From: Octopus vulgaris
Taxonomy: Eukaryota
NCBI GenBank assembly: GCA_951406725.2
Contig: OX597815.1
Coordinates: 33,976,001 to 34,040,000, forward strand
DNA length: 64,000 nt
Direction of reading: 5' to 3'
Under the pieces are notes generated by a model. That model was not told the DNA's origin. It made no database searches and worked only from the letters and a program-made list of their open reading frames with translations. The translations under genes and the position numbers were made by a program. Of this stretch, positions 26,505-40,817 are shown piece by piece (the stretch's first letter is position 1; every line of letters begins with the position of its first letter).

Positions 26505-26505
26505 G

Positions 26506-26888
26506 TGGAGGCGCAATGGCCCAGTGGTTAGGGCAGCGGACTCGCGGTCATAGGATCCCGGTTTCGATTCCCAGACTGGGCGTTGTGAGTGTTTATTGAG
26601 CGAAAACACCTAAAAGCTCCACGAGGCTCCGGTAGGGATGGTGGTGATCCTTGCTATACTCTTTCACCACAACTTTCTCTCGCTCTTACTTCCTGTTTCT
26701 GTTGTACCTGTATTTCAAAAGGCCGGCCTTGTCACTCTCTGTGTCACGCTGAATATCCCCGAGAACTGCGTTAAGGGTGCACGTGTTTGTGGAGTGCTCA
26801 GCCACTTACACGTTAATTTCACGAGCAGGCTGTTCCGTTGATTCGGATCAACCGGAACCCTCATCGTCGTAACCGACGGAGTGCTTCC

Positions 26889-26889
<1 letters not shown>
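26506..26889 (+). mobile_element. SINE family A inserted in (ATT)n
   Basis: multi-copy identity. Confidence 0.92.
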
Positions 26890-26945
<56 letters not shown>

Positions 26946-27241
26946 CATTATTATTATTGTTGTTGTTGTTGTTGTTATCACAGGAGAACAGCTTCTCTTT
27001 TATGATGACTATGAGTTCATAACACACTCGAAGTATTCCAAGCGATTAGCAGATTTACATTCGAATCTTCCGGAACGTATTAAAAATAAATATTTAAGGC
27101 AGCATATGTTATGCGTATGTATATGTGAATGTATATCTATGTGGATGTGCTTGTGTATGTATGTATGTATGTATGTGTGTGTGTGTGTATGTATGTGTGT
27201 ATGTATGTATGTATGTATGTATGTATGTATGTATGTATGTA

Positions 27242-27318
<77 letters not shown>

Positions 27319-27559
27319 ACATAATGATTAAATAGAAAATATCTAGAAATTCATTACAGGTAACCTAGGAAGTTTGTTTTACAACCCGTATATCAAACAA
27401 TTAAGCATTAATTCATTTTTAGGTTAGAACTGTTGTAAGAAAATATTTGCTTTTATTGAACGATGGCGTAGATTGTTTTCAAAGAATATAGACAAGGGGA
27501 AAAAAGGCTGTAGCTATTATTTTTGAAGTCCATCTCTACACTGGGGAGGCCTGTATGGT

Positions 27560-27845
27560 TGTTATTCAACTTGGACTTCGATGACTGTAGTAAAAAAAAA
27601 AAAGATCTCGTCAAAAGAAGAAAAAACATGAACGAGGCGGAGGGGAATTCCAAATGATTTCAGTTTGTGGATAGTGACTGAGTAAAATCCCTATTGCAAG
27701 ATTGAGAAAGTACGAGACAATAAAAGCGATGGAAGGAGTAAAGGCGAATGAGACCAGCTGGTTTCAGTGGAGAGGGTTTGTAGTTCAGAGGAACAGGGGC
27801 TATTGTAGTAGTGAGACAAAGGAGAATGTATTGTATTAATCTCAT
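27560..27845 (-). mobile_element. decayed CR1/L2-group LINE 3' fragment
   Basis: SHYYNSPCSSEL and IWNSPP remnants of the YY.G.CS.EL / LWNSLP motifs. Confidence 0.45.
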
Positions 27846-30800
27846 CTTTAGAATGTACTCTTACAGAATTCACAACTGTACAATAGCTTTATCAGGTTTG
27901 ATCAATGACCATCATCAGAATGTCGTACTTCTTGCTGTGTATCATCACGAGTAAGACACCTAGAATCGATTGGAAACGAAATCAATTAAAATGTTACGTA
28001 AAAGTAAATATTGTAAATATATTATATTCTTAGAAAATTCTATCGTTATTAACAATTTATTTCAGAATTTCAGATGTTTAACTTCCTCACTTGATCCTTG
28101 GGTGCCTTTACCGGAGCTTATTCTGTTGCAAGTATTCAGTCGCAGTATCCAGTTTGAGGATACTTTCGTCTCCACCTCCCACGAATCTCGGAGGCCATGT
28201 AAAAGCCCGTGGACATTGCACTTTCTCCTGACGAAACAATAAAACATAGACTATAGCATGTTGATGATGGAATCGTTGTTAATTTACTGTTTTGTTATTA
28301 AATGCAGTCAATAAAGCTTGTAAAATATTTTTTTAAGTGGTTGTCAGAGTGTAAGATATGTGTACGATACAAAAAAAAAAAAAAGCGGTAACTAGCTGAT
28401 GGAATATACATATTCTGCTAATCACCGCAATATTTCAAACTACAAGTCATTTTAATCAGTTTGATTGCAATAATTTAAATATAAGCTGTGCGTTGAGATT
28501 GCCTTCACATACTATTTTGTTTGTCTATCGTTTGTTTAAGTTTTGGAGCCAAGTTGCAGATTCGTAGCTGTTGTATGTATAAGGTTTTGACCGGGAGTAT
28601 GTGCTCAAATCTTGTCACCATGGTCCGGTATAAAACACAATAATTTAGTGTTAGCATCTTAACTTAACTGGAATTAACCCGTAACTTGCTACTATTTTAT
28701 AGTGCAGGAATTAAAATCTTTGAATAAAATGAAAAACTAGTTCTCAAATTACATTTTTGCTTCCTTAATTAATATTTTTTGCTTGTATGTCTTAATTGCA
28801 GGTATGGTATCATTTAAACAAAAACTGTCCAAACCTCGTTGTTGTAAGTGGATGAGAGATAAACTTGGTATAGATTCTAGTGTCAAAACTTCATTACTCA
28901 GTAAGTATGTTCTCCAATATTTCAAAATATCTCTAAATGTTTCAAAATAATCACCACTGAAGGAGGGGAACATATAAATGTTAAATAACTGATATTAACA
29001 TACTTATGCGACAAATATCGCCACTTTCAGTTTGAGACTACATCTTCTATATTAATTGTGGGCTGATGATTTTCTTGAATACTATTATAAGAAGTGTGGT
29101 CCTAAATGAATAAATTTCCCAAATGCACCAATGTGGACTTGGGCAAACTTTCACAAGTCATACATATCCTATTTAGATAGAACATATATTATCCAGGGTT
29201 AATGAAGGTTCATCCACGGTGCCAGTTCTATTTATCGAAAGTAGCTCACTTGTCACCATTTATTCATTGTTGCTTTTCTTCCATAAGACAGCTACTTCAG
29301 GTCGAGAACGATGCGACCCGTTTCGTTTGTCCCTTGCTGAAGAGTGAATCAAAGCCATGAGCTTTCTCGAGTCCGCTAGTAGTTTTTTGTTACTGGACGG
29401 AACTGCCTGTCATTCTGCTGGCTTTAGCTACCCTGAAAGAAATTTTGTTGCTAACCAGCTACAAGATATTTCGATTGGTCTGTCGCCCTTACACTATTTA
29501 TTAACTTAGTATCCAGGGATAAGTGGTAACTCAGACCATAAGTTTTTGATCTAGACAAGGATATAGTTATTGGAAATTGAATGTAATGCATTGGGTACGA
29601 AACTTCAATACTGATCGAATTAGTGAACTAACTTTACTGCAGAGTCTGATCGGCGGTGATTTGTTATGTGTCCTCTCTCGCTGCTTCAGTACGGTTTGGC
29701 TCTTGAATATTAACTATAGAAGTGATGTACTATGAAGTATCTTATTTCAGCTGGGATGGGAGAAGGTAATAGCTACATACGCAAGTGATCTAACCACCAT
29801 GGGGCCGAGCACGTTGGAAATAGAGATATATTTCGTATTTCTTGTGAAAAGGTTAAGTTCCTTTTGCTAAAAGATTCATCTGTTACCGATACCCATACTC
29901 ACGAGGCATGGTGACCGTAATGTGCAGTCATGTGTTGTAACTGAAGTATTTGCAAATATTCCAGGGCGACGAGCAGGCGAATTCCTGAGTCAAACGTAAG
30001 AGCGAGGGGGATGCTTGGCATATGGGATGACACCCAGGATTCTTATTATTTTAGTAGTTGGACAGTATACTCAGTGTAAGTCAACTCTTATTGCTATAAA
30101 AGTTTCGTGACAAGTATGAGCAACAACGGCCTTTGGTATATCCTAAGATTCTATAAAAATCTGTTGAATAAGAAATTTTAGATAATTTTCCTAACATAAT
30201 GTTTCGGAAGAAGACGATTAAAATTACGCATGAAAAGGATCCAACCCCCGTCCGAATCCATTGTCAAAATTGAACTGCCACCGTCATTTGACAAGGAGTA
30301 GCTAACTATATGCTTGATAGTTATAGTGAGCAAAGCCGAAAGGGGTTAAAATAGGACTTCTCTTTCACTAAACCGTCATCAGCTTTTTTCAAGACCGTTT
30401 GAAGCAGAAGGGGAAAGTGGAAACAGAAGTGCTGCCCTTTAATAAATTCTATAAAAGCGGGGCGAGAGTATCGAATTTGGTGTGGACGAGAGAATTGACC
30501 CTTCATTACTTTTCAGAGTAGTTGGAGTCGAAGAGAAAACGTGAACTTGAAGAAGAGGATGGTTGGAGTTTAATAGTGTCTCTGCGGTCTTGTGCCAATT
30601 TTTAAAATCATTATCATTCGTTGTAACTGGTAGAATCGAGAGAACCGCGGAGAAAAAACCTCGCGGTATTACGTCCCTTTACGTTCTGAAATCAAACTCC
30701 AGACAACATTCCTATTCATCCCTCAGAGTAAAGATAGCAAAATATCAGTCAAATACAAGGGTCGATAATTGACTTTTTCCCCATTCCCAGAGTCTATTAA

Positions 30801-31518
30801 AAAAATAAAAGGAAATCACTTTTTCTATGTAATACAGGTTTCTGTTGCATCAGTCTGTACTGGATTTGATTGAACAACTAATTGATAATTTAATTTTATG
30901 AATATTGCTAGACCAAGCGTTTTGCAAGACAAAGCGATTGATATGCTAAACTAAATTTATAGCATTTTTGTTGTTAACTTTCTTGTAGATATTTGAATAA
31001 TATTATGTAAAAGCAAATTGCTTAAAACGATAGAAACAAAAGCCTCAATTCCCTGGGTAAAAAAAGAAAAAAAAAAGCAACGTCTTTTTATGTATAAATA
31101 GTAATAAATACTGTTATTGATAGACACGAGAATATGCACTAAAACATTGGATATTGATAATTCTAAATGGCATAGTGAAGCGTGGAAGAGGAAGCTGCAA
31201 AGAAATTTGTGTTATGTAAATACTTTTGATACATCAGTAGCTGCTAGTAGACAGGGAGTTCATTTTTTCCACCACATTTTCTTATAAGTATATTATTTCT
31301 TTTGACTTGCTAGCATAGTTCATATTAAATTCAGGCATCTCGTGGTCAACGAAATCTCAGTACAATGTCTTTGGCCAAGTTTATCTTCTTTCTCATCATG
31401 CAATATGTCTAGTAGCGAGAAAGCTTCTTAATGCCATCGTAAAGATTAGAAACTAACTTAAAGATACAATCCTGGTTGATTTCAATGACCTGTATGTTAA
31501 CCATACGTGATTCAGTAA

Positions 31519-31555
<37 letters not shown>

Positions 31556-31721
31556 GTCTGTCTGTCTGTCTGACTGTCTGTCTGACTGTCTGTCTGACTG
31601 TCTGTCTGACTGTCTGTCTGTCTGTCTGCCTGCCTGTCTGCCTGTCTGCCTGCCTGTCTGTCTGTCTGTTTGTCCGTCTATTTCTTTGTATCCATACATA
31701 CATACATATATACATATACAT

Positions 31722-31758
<37 letters not shown>

Positions 31759-32290
31759 CGCATACATACACACAAACATATATGTACATGCATATATCTA
31801 TATATGTCTTCACATCCACATACACCCTCACACATGCACACAGAGACACCGACGTACACACTACTAATATGAAGCTTATAAGATTCCAACAACTCGACGA
31901 CAGTGTATTTGCTTTTGTTTTGTGTAGTAAAGTAGACGTTAGCATATTTGATATGGCGAACCAAGATATGCTAATGAATTAAAACTGCCCTCCACCCATA
32001 GTTATGAAAAGCAATCATTATGTGAATGACTAATTCTGGTTAAGAAAGTCAGGGGACACAACTCTAGAATTTAAATAAATAAAAGATAGAACGCAATGCA
32101 GTAAGGAGTGACTCAGATTTTCATCAGTAAAGTGGCATCTCTGGATGTCGTTCGTTCTTATCTGACACCATAAATAAAGAATAGTTTAAATGCATTGCCA
32201 GGTCTTAGAATGGCTATGGAAGGTATAAAGAATTTCGTGTATGAACCTATGTGGTATGGTATGTATATGTTCCCTCAGTCTTGTTTTTAA

Positions 32291-32489
32291 CCCCTTGCCT
32301 GTTCTTGGTGTCCATGCGTAATAATAGACACACATTCCTTTTTTTCATCTATCAATAGTATCTTGGGATTTAGGAAAAGAACGCTTTTTATTACTTAGAA
32401 CATATGAAACAAATGCTAATTAAAAGTCCGAAAACAAGCATGGACATTTAGAGAAAAACTTACAAAAGTGCTTTGGACAGCGAAAAGGG
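32291..32489. mobile_element. piggyBac-like MITE
   Basis: TTAA on both sides (32287-32290, 32490-32493); TIRs ccccttgcctgttc / ggacagcgaaaaggg. Confidence 0.65.
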
Positions 32490-32681
32490 TTAAACCACAC
32501 CTCAGGTTTATTTCGTGATATTTATACAGTTTGAATTGAATATAAAAGTTTGTGGATATTCACGTCTAAACTTACCAATGCGGTTGAAGTTGCTGCTTTC
32601 ATGATTTGAACCGGCAACGTAGTGGTTCATGTTTAGATTTCTCAGAAGAGAGTAGTGATAATTTTATATAATTTGTATTAA

Positions 32682-33079
32682 AGGCGGCGAGCTGGCAGAA
32701 ACGTTAGCACGCCGGGCGAAATGCTTAGCAGTATTTCGTCTTGTCTTTATGTTCTGAGTTCAAATTCCGCCGAGGTCGACTTTGCCTTTCATCCTTTCGG
32801 GGGTCGATTAAATAAGTACCAGTTACGCACTGGGGTCGATATAATCGACTTAATCCGTTTGTCTGTCCTTGTTTGTCCCCTCTGTGTTTAGCCCCTTGTG
32901 GGTAGTAAAGAAATAGGTATTTCGTCTGACTTTACGTTCTGAGGTCAATTTCCACCGAGGTCGACTTTTTCTCTCATCTTTTCGGGGTCGATGAATTAAG
33001 TACCAGTTACGTACTGGGGTCGATCTAATCGACTGACGCCCTCACCCAAAATTTCGGGCCTTGTGTCTAGGTTAGAAAA
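32682..33079 (+). mobile_element. SINE family C, dimeric body
   Basis: multi-copy identity. Confidence 0.88.
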
Positions 33080-34365
33080 GGATAATTTTATATGATTTGT
33101 ATTAACATAGATTTCAACGTGATCCTGTAAAATTTCCCACTTTACCTGACTTTTTCCAGAATTTTTTTCTGTATATGAATTCCACTTAGGCGAAAAGAGC
33201 AAGCCTATAATTTAAGTGGGCACCAACTGTAGAATAGAATTTAATTTTTTTTTTTAATTTGAATACTTAGTAATTTCTTATTTGACTGCAACACCGCACG
33301 GCAAGTGAGTGGGAAACGACAGCTGAAGTTTACCATTATAACTACAATAAATGCCTAATGAACACCCTTTGGTAAAGCATAGAATTCTTCCCTCTTCAAC
33401 TTACGCAGCTGAAATAAAGTACCTAACATGTTTTAACTGTCCTTTGCGTTGATTGACTACGAGTTGTATGTTCCGTTGATCAACGCTATTGTGTTTGAAT
33501 ACTGAGACGTCCAACATGGATTTGTTCGTATTCTACTGAGCTATGTTTAGTAAATCTTCGGTAGTGAGGCAAACCCGACCTTAGAATGGAAATGATTGGC
33601 TGGACGAACAATTAGTTCCAAAGTAGTTAAATGAAGCGGTTATATCTGTTTTATCATCCTATTGCAATGGGTGGTAGTAATGTTAATCCGTCGCTTGGTT
33701 TAATGTCACTACCTGGTCCTTGGATGACTTTAGCAGAATCCAATCTGTTGTAAGCATTCTGACCAAATCTCCGGTCCGAGGATAACTCATTCCCTTCCTC
33801 TCATGGAAGTGCTGAAAAGGATTATAGTTGCTGCCTCTTTTTTTTTTTTTTTTTTTTTTACTAAGCCTTCACCTACCCCATGTTACAAAGATTATGTGTC
33901 TGCGCATGCTCTCGACGTTAGAAGAAAATCCTTTGTGTACAGTTGTTGATCGATTATAATAAAATGGAGACAGAACTAGAATGACAGGTATTGTTTGTTT
34001 TTTTTTTTAGAGAGTAATAAGTAAAAAAAATTATATTTAGATTTAAACATGTCATCATTCTCAAATGTTTTCAAAAGAAGCCTTATTTTTTTGTTAATAT
34101 TAAATTTAATCCATATTTTCAGAATCAAGTAAAAACATATACTCCTTATACAATCTTGTGTCTAAAACACATGCAGCTAGCTACAGCCAGCTTAATTTGG
34201 CCAAAGATCGTTTAGAGAAGCTTAACGAAACGTACAACAATATCATAAGAGAGAAAGAAAACAAAGGAGGTCAGTGACCAATTTTATCCTATGCATTCTT
34301 TAGTGAGGGCTACAGAAATAAAATCAAACTGTACAACTTCAGTAATTAAAGTGGTAAATCTCAGT

Positions 34366-34700
34366 CCCTCATGGCTCAGTGGTTAGAGCGTCGAGCTTAC
34401 GATCGTGAGGTTGTGAGCTCGAATCCCGGACCGGGCTGCGTGTTGTGTTCTTGAGCAAGACACTTTATTTCACGTTGCTCCAGTTCACTCAGCTGTAGAA
34501 ATGAGTTGCGACGTCACTGGTGCCAAGCTATATCGACCTTTGTCTTTCCCTTGGATAACACTGGTGGCATGGAGAGGGGAGGCTGGTGTGCATGGGCGAC
34601 TGCAGGTCTTCCATAAACAACCTTGCCCGGACTTGTGTCTAGGAGGGTAACTTTCTAGGTGCAATCCCATGGTCATTCATGACCGAAGGGGGTCTTTACC
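34366..34700 (+). mobile_element. tRNA-derived SINE family D
   Basis: tggctcagtggttagagc..tcgaatccc A/B boxes; matches the 18940 copy. Confidence 0.88.
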
Positions 34701-34930
34701 CATACCACTATTTAAGAAAAATTAACTTTTTTACTGTGCTCGGTTTTGCATAACACTGTGTTAATTCTGATCCAGTAAAGGGGAAAGTTGTTGCAGCAAT
34801 GATCACCTATCCTTTACGTTCTTTCTCAGCCATAGTCCATACCTAGGACTCCTTTATTCAGCACCTCTTTCATTTCTTGTTCCTTAATCCCCGAGTCAGT
34901 ACCAACTGACTAGATCTATAGCACATAGAC

Positions 34931-35280
34931 GTGGAGGCGCAATGGCCCAGTGGTTAGGGCAGCGGACTCGCGGTCCTAGGATTGCGGTTTCGATTCCCAG
35001 ACCGGGCGTTGTGAGTGTTTATTGAGCGAAAACACCTAAAGCTCCACGAGGCTCCGGCTGGGATGGTGGTGATCCCTGCTGTACTCTTTCACCACAACTT
35101 TCTCTCACTCTTATTTCCTGTTTCTGTTGTACCTGTATTTCAAAAGGCCGGCCTTGTCACTCTCTGTGTCACGCTGAATATCCCCGAGAACTACGTTAAT
35201 TTCACGAGCAGGCTGTTCCGTTGATCGGATCAACCGGAACCCTCGTCGTCGTAACCGACGGAGTGCTTCTCTCTCTTCTC
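34931..35280 (+). mobile_element. SINE family A with internal deletion
   Basis: 15-bp TSD tctatagcacataga 34915-34929 / 35281-35295; about 42 bp missing between two acgttaa repeats. Confidence 0.92.
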
Positions 35281-35637
35281 TCTATAGCACATAGATCTAG
35301 TCTATTTATCCAATTAAACTGCTTGTTTACCCATCTGAAGACTGTATTACTCAATATACAGTATGGTCTTCTGATATGCTGTGCTGTATCGTGTAATGTG
35401 CGATGCGAGAAAAGCTATTGCTGTTGCAGCTATTTCTCTGTATAGGCTTTTTTTTTCTGAATTGGATGGAAATGAGAAGAGTTTTAGAATAGTGTTGTAA
35501 TAGTGTTCTAGTATATTGTACATATATTTGGGTGTTTGAATGTGAATTTTAAGGTTGTGGCAAAGACTGTGAGGATGAAAATTTGGCTACAATAACAAAC
35601 TATACACCTTCGTGATCGGGCGGTCTTTCAATTTTAG

Positions 35638-36060
35638 GGAGCTTTTCGGTTTGAACGGCAGTTTTTTCTAGCGGTGTCATATGAAATTGCCCCCTCCCCA
35701 TAATTATGACCCTAGTATCGATCTATTGCATTTCAATCTGTTTTAGGGTTAGGGTTAGGGGTCGGGGGAAGGGTATATATTTTCTTCAGAAATGTAAATA
35801 AACATAATCTGTTTCTTAAACGAGGGACATATTCATACGGCACAGAATGTTTTCACCTCAATAGACGTCATTGATTGGTTGAAATTGCAGAAATTGAAGA
35901 AAAAAAACAACAACAAATATCTTACTAACCATAGAATTTTCTCAATAAAGCCAAGAGAAAAAGATGTTTTATAAACACATTCTACCAGTATACGAGGTTT
36001 AAAAGTGTTTAGTTACGTGGAAATTATTTTAAAAAACTGCCGTTCAAACCGAAAAGATCC
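35638..36060. mobile_element. MULE/Mutator-like MITE containing (TTAGGG)3
   Basis: TIR gga(g/t)cttttcggtttgaacggcagtttttt at both ends; 9-bp TSD caattttag 35629-35637 / 36061-36069. Confidence 0.85.
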
Positions 36061-37231
36061 CAATTTTAGTATTTTTAGTATTTACATGAGAGAGTGGGAT
36101 TCGAGAGAAACTTACCAGTAATATCTAGCAGTTTGAGCCACCACATATAGGTTCCCTCGTTGACCTGTCTGCTACAGCTTATGTAATGCTGTAGTGAAAC
36201 CACAACAAAATATAGACTGTGACCCAGTTTCGATTGCCAGTCGGAACGGCTTAACTTCGTTTATCTGACTAATGCTCTTGAGAAAGTTAATAACGTCCCG
36301 GCGTTCTACATTACTCAGCACTCCACTATTTTCACAAAATCCTCTAAGTAATAGGTGTAGTGTTACTCGTGAATCTATTAATGGAAGTTTCTTTTATAAC
36401 CATGATATTAAAATAGGTTCAGCATTTTTTGTATTTAGTCGACAATGGCAATAAATTGAATTGTATTCAGTTGCAGAAGAGAAAACGCCTTTAGAATATT
36501 ATGTGACCAAGACTGCGGTCTATTATGTTTAAAATTAGCTTCGCGGTAGTAGTTAACTTAATAAATTATTGGACTCCCAAGTGAAGGGTTGTCAGTTCGT
36601 GTACCACCAATGACGTTACATTACATTAATGGCTTAAAATATCAAATCTATCGGGTGGTTTGACACCACCGTTTGGTCCTTGGGTGGTTTTAGTGATGTT
36701 TGCTTTATTGCAAACATTTGGACCAGATTTTCAGTTTCTTCCACTAGTCTCAGAGCTACTGCAAAAATGGCATGGGCGCACCCCATCTTTTACCTATGAG
36801 CCATAAAACACCCTCTTCCTCCTCCTCCTCCTCATCATCATCATCATCAACAATAACAATAGCAACAGTAGTTACAACTGTTATTGGCTGTTTTCTTATA
36901 AGTAGCTGTGTACCGATAGCTGCTCCTGATGTAGAAATCTATAATTAAAGACTGTTTCGTTAACTTGTAACACGGTTGAAGTTTATATTTCTGCGCGGAG
37001 TAGCGAACAATAAAAATCTTGAAATAGACAAGACCACTGGTTGTTCAATCTCTCATCTATTACAGAGAGGAAAAGCTAACTAAATATGCATATGTTATTG
37101 GTTAGTAGTTTGGCCAGATTGCTTATCCATGGGTTGAACCGCTTTTCGGCTCTTAGATGTAAAGTTTTCTACCAGACTGCTCCCACTGCAACAGGTGTTG
37201 ACTAACACTCTACACCTAACATTCTATCAAT

Positions 37232-37893
37232 TATAGTGTGCACCATAGTCCGGTTATGACTCGTACCCCAATTCTCCTGTGCATAAATGACGTACTTGAC
37301 CTGCATTACGGTTACTATGTAAGCAACAACTCATTTGTTGCCTCTGATCACTTGAACCAGATGGCTTAAGCAAACAGATTCCTTCGACGACACATAAACT
37401 ACATCGTTCCAGTTATAATAGCTATATATGCATAACGCCACCTTATTTCACTACACACACCATATGTCACACACCACTGCAACACACGCACTGTTTACTC
37501 GCTCCTTATCTCACTTTACAATCGTTCTTCAGCAGCAATCTCACGTTTCTTTTCTGCATCTCTTCTGTCTTCCATTTCTTTTCACACCCTACTACGAAGC
37601 TACATACACGAGGATCTCCCATTCCATTCACACCCTACTACGAAGCTACCTACACGAGGATATCCCATTCAATTCACACTCTGCTACGAAGCTAGCCACA
37701 CGAGGAATTTCGTTCTATGGAAGACTTTTTTTACACATCCTTTCTTCTTTATTCTCTTTTTCTTTCGTATATTTCATGTACTTGTAATTCAAAGAAGCAA
37801 CCTTATTACATCTTTTGGTGCTCTAATTCTGACTGAGAAATAAATTCTTAAACAGTACACGTGTCAATAGAATACTCGGCCATTTACACTACA
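37232..37893 (+). mobile_element. possible solo LTR with internal ~45-bp tandem repeat (x3, ~37582-37710)
   Basis: ends t(a/g)tagtgt..acactaca; AATAAA near the 3' end; no matching TSD seen. Confidence 0.4.
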
Positions 37894-38227
37894 ATACAAT
37901 GGGGAAGCAGTCGAATAACTGGAATATTCAACGTTGGAACAAATGAGAATCAATTTCCTTTTACTTTTGATATGAAATTTATAATACTTATACTGTAATA
38001 GCAATTAACTGTAATTGTAATCAACATTCAATGGCGCTTCCTTGCACTAAAACCTGCACATAATCTAAAAGGCTTTAATCGGAAACAGAAGGCTTTGTGT
38101 GGTTGTGGGACATTAATGTAAAAAAAAAAGAAGGTTGATGTGAAGGCGTAGTGAGTAAAGAGATCGACTAACTGAATCATACATAAATATTAATGAAAGG
38201 TTATAGAGAGAGAGAGAGAGAGAGAGT

Positions 38228-38280
<53 letters not shown>

Positions 38281-38461
38281 TAAACGCAACGTGAAGCCAT
38301 CTTGACCGAAGAAAATTAGTCAATGAAAGGCGGCAGGGAACTTGCAAGGTAGAAGCAGGCTCTGTTGAATTAGTATAGTTATTTCTTTTTAATTTTTAGT
38401 CCAGTGTTTGACTCAATTGAGTGGACTGAGCTACGATCGAATTTATTCCAGCCCAAACCAC

Positions 38462-38538
<77 letters not shown>

Positions 38539-38732
38539 ACACACGCATTCAGGCACGCACGCAGGTACGCACGCAGACGCACATGATTCGATGCGCTCGG
38601 CAGGCATCAATTTTACCATTCAGGTTTCGGGCGTTAATGTTAATTACGCTAAACTCCCACCGTTGCGTGATCGCACGGGTTCCTGTGTGGCCTGAATAGT
38701 GCTATAACGTAATGTAGATTGTACATCAATAA

Positions 38733-40817
38733 CACTGGTCAACAGCCAATTTTCATCAGGGATATTATATGGGGTTTTATATGTAGTTTTGTCCATAGAT
38801 TTCAAAAATGTAATCGGTTTCCTTCTATCAGGCACAGTTTTTCTGATGAGACAAAAGAGGTACATAACTCCCATCAGCAGTATCGCTACACGTAAACGTC
38901 TTATACAGGTATATACTGACTATGTCAAGGCATTACAAGAACAGTCCTGATATATTTTGTCATCTCTGTGGTTCATTTATCACAATAATCTTAATATGTG
39001 CTTTCACAAGTGAAATCAAGATCTACCAGTAATAATTTGGCTGCTGTCTCCAGTTGGGCCCTGCACATCATCTGCTCAGCTTGTTCAAATGGACTAAGGG
39101 ATTGACTAAATAAGGGGAAGAGAGCAATACCGTTTGCAATACCTATGATAGGGAGAGAACCAAAGGATCATTTCATGGACTGTTATTTCTGCAACATTAA
39201 TAATGTATGTGGATTTACTGTAAAGACCAAGCATAAGATTGTGTATCCCAACTTGGAATCTGCAAGAAGACCAGTACCACACAACAATGATATTCCTATT
39301 CCAACACCACCAGAAAATGGCCTTCAGCTGTCTGACGAAGATGTATTTCCTGAAGAAAATACTACTGCTGTGGAAGACACCAAAGTGGATGCAGATTTCA
39401 AGATTGAAAATGAAGATGTACCACAGAAATTTTCTCAAGGAGAGTTAAATGATTTAGTTAGAGACTTGTCATTGTTGAAGGATAAAGCTGAACTCGCCTT
39501 CAAGAAAAGTGTCTGCTTAAGAAAGATGTTTGTATTACTCATTTCAGGAAGAGAAATAGGGGTCTGACTTCATGCTTTTCTGTTGATGGACAACTTTGTT
39601 TCAGTAATAACATTGATGAGTTATTTCGCTGTTTGTTCCAAGAGCATGTTCCAGCTGAATGGCGCTTATTCATTGATTCATCTAAGAGAAGCCTCAAGGC
39701 AGTACTACTACACAACGGCAATAAGAAACCATCCATTCTCACAGGACATTCAGTGCACATGAAGGAGTACTATGAAAACATGCAAGTACTCCTCAATGCC
39801 ATAAAGTACACAAACTCCTGCTGGAAAATATGTGGATGGGAATGCAATCTGAGTTCACCAAATATTGTCGCTTTTTATGCCTATGGGACAGTCGTGCAAC
39901 TAATAAGCACTATGTGCAATCAGAGTGGCCTTTGTGAAAATCATATGAGCCAGGAGTTTCTAATTTTTAAACCCAGAAAATGTTCTTCTTTTCCCTCTTC
40001 ACATAAAGCTTGGCCTCATGAAACAATTCGTGAAGACACTTGCCAGGAAAAGCTCAAAAGGCTTTGAATATGTGAAGGCCAAATTTCCAAAAATCCCCGA
40101 GGCAAAACTGAAGGAGGGCGTATTCCTAGGTCCACAGATAAAAGAACTCCTGAAGGACAACATCTTCCTTACAGCACTGGATGAGATTGAGCTTAAAACC
40201 TGGGAATCCTTCATATGGCTCTGTGAAAATTTCCTAGGCAACAAGAGATCTCTAGAGTTTAGAAATGGAGTGAAATGTCTTCTAAACTCCTACGCTGCAA
40301 TGGGCTGTTGGATGTCACTAAAAGTCCATTTCCTTGATTCACATCTGGACTTTTTTGCAGAGAACCTTGGAGCAGTTTCTGATGAGCAAGGGGAACGCTT
40401 TCATCAAGATATTGCATCGATGAACAACGATATCAAGGAGTTTGGAATGCAGGAATGTTAGCTGACTACTGTTGGATGTTATACAGGAATGGACCTGAGA
40501 AAAAAACACCATAGAAAGTCCAAATCCCAAAGATTTTAAGTTGTTATGCATTTTAGTGTATTCTAACTTACTTGTACACAATAATTTTAATTTTGTACAA
40601 TAAAAAGCCATGAAATTATCGTATCTTGTATTCAATATACTTTATATAGACATGCTTTACGTATCCTATAAGTGAAAACAGCAGGTGTCATTAACATGAA
40701 AATGTGACCTGATAGAAGAAATAGGACTTCAGATTCGTAATCAGCATCAAAAATTAATCCAGAAAAGTCAATCAGCAACTCTGATGATTAAAAGATGTTT
40801 CATTTTGTTGACCAGTG
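38733..40817 (+). mobile_element. full-length decayed Chapaev3-type (CMC superfamily) DNA transposon
   Basis: TIRs cactggtcaaca / tgttgaccagtg; 3-bp TSD TAA 38730-38732 / 40818-40820. Confidence 0.88.
38920..40540 (+). pseudogene. frameshifted Chapaev3 transposase
   Basis: motifs REPKDHFMDCYFC, YPNLESARRPVPH, WRLFIDSSKRSLKAVLLHNGN, PLHIKLGLMKQFVK, MSLKVHFLDSHLDFF.ENLGAVSDEQGERFHQDI and MLADYCW spread over several frames. Confidence 0.9.

Noticed and set aside
29090-30100. Very old RTE endonuclease remnant (NVLGP-like on minus strand)
   Set aside because: Too degenerate to support by eye
30450-30460. TATA box tataaaagcgg
   Set aside because: No supporting downstream exon or LTR boundaries; motif is common in AT-rich DNA
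33420-33812. Protein-like minus-strand stretch after a ttttcag acceptor
   Set aside because: Stops in all frames; no family motif recognised
35743-35761. Interstitial telomere or chromosome fusion scar
   Set aside because: Only three units and internal to a TIR/TSD-bounded MITE
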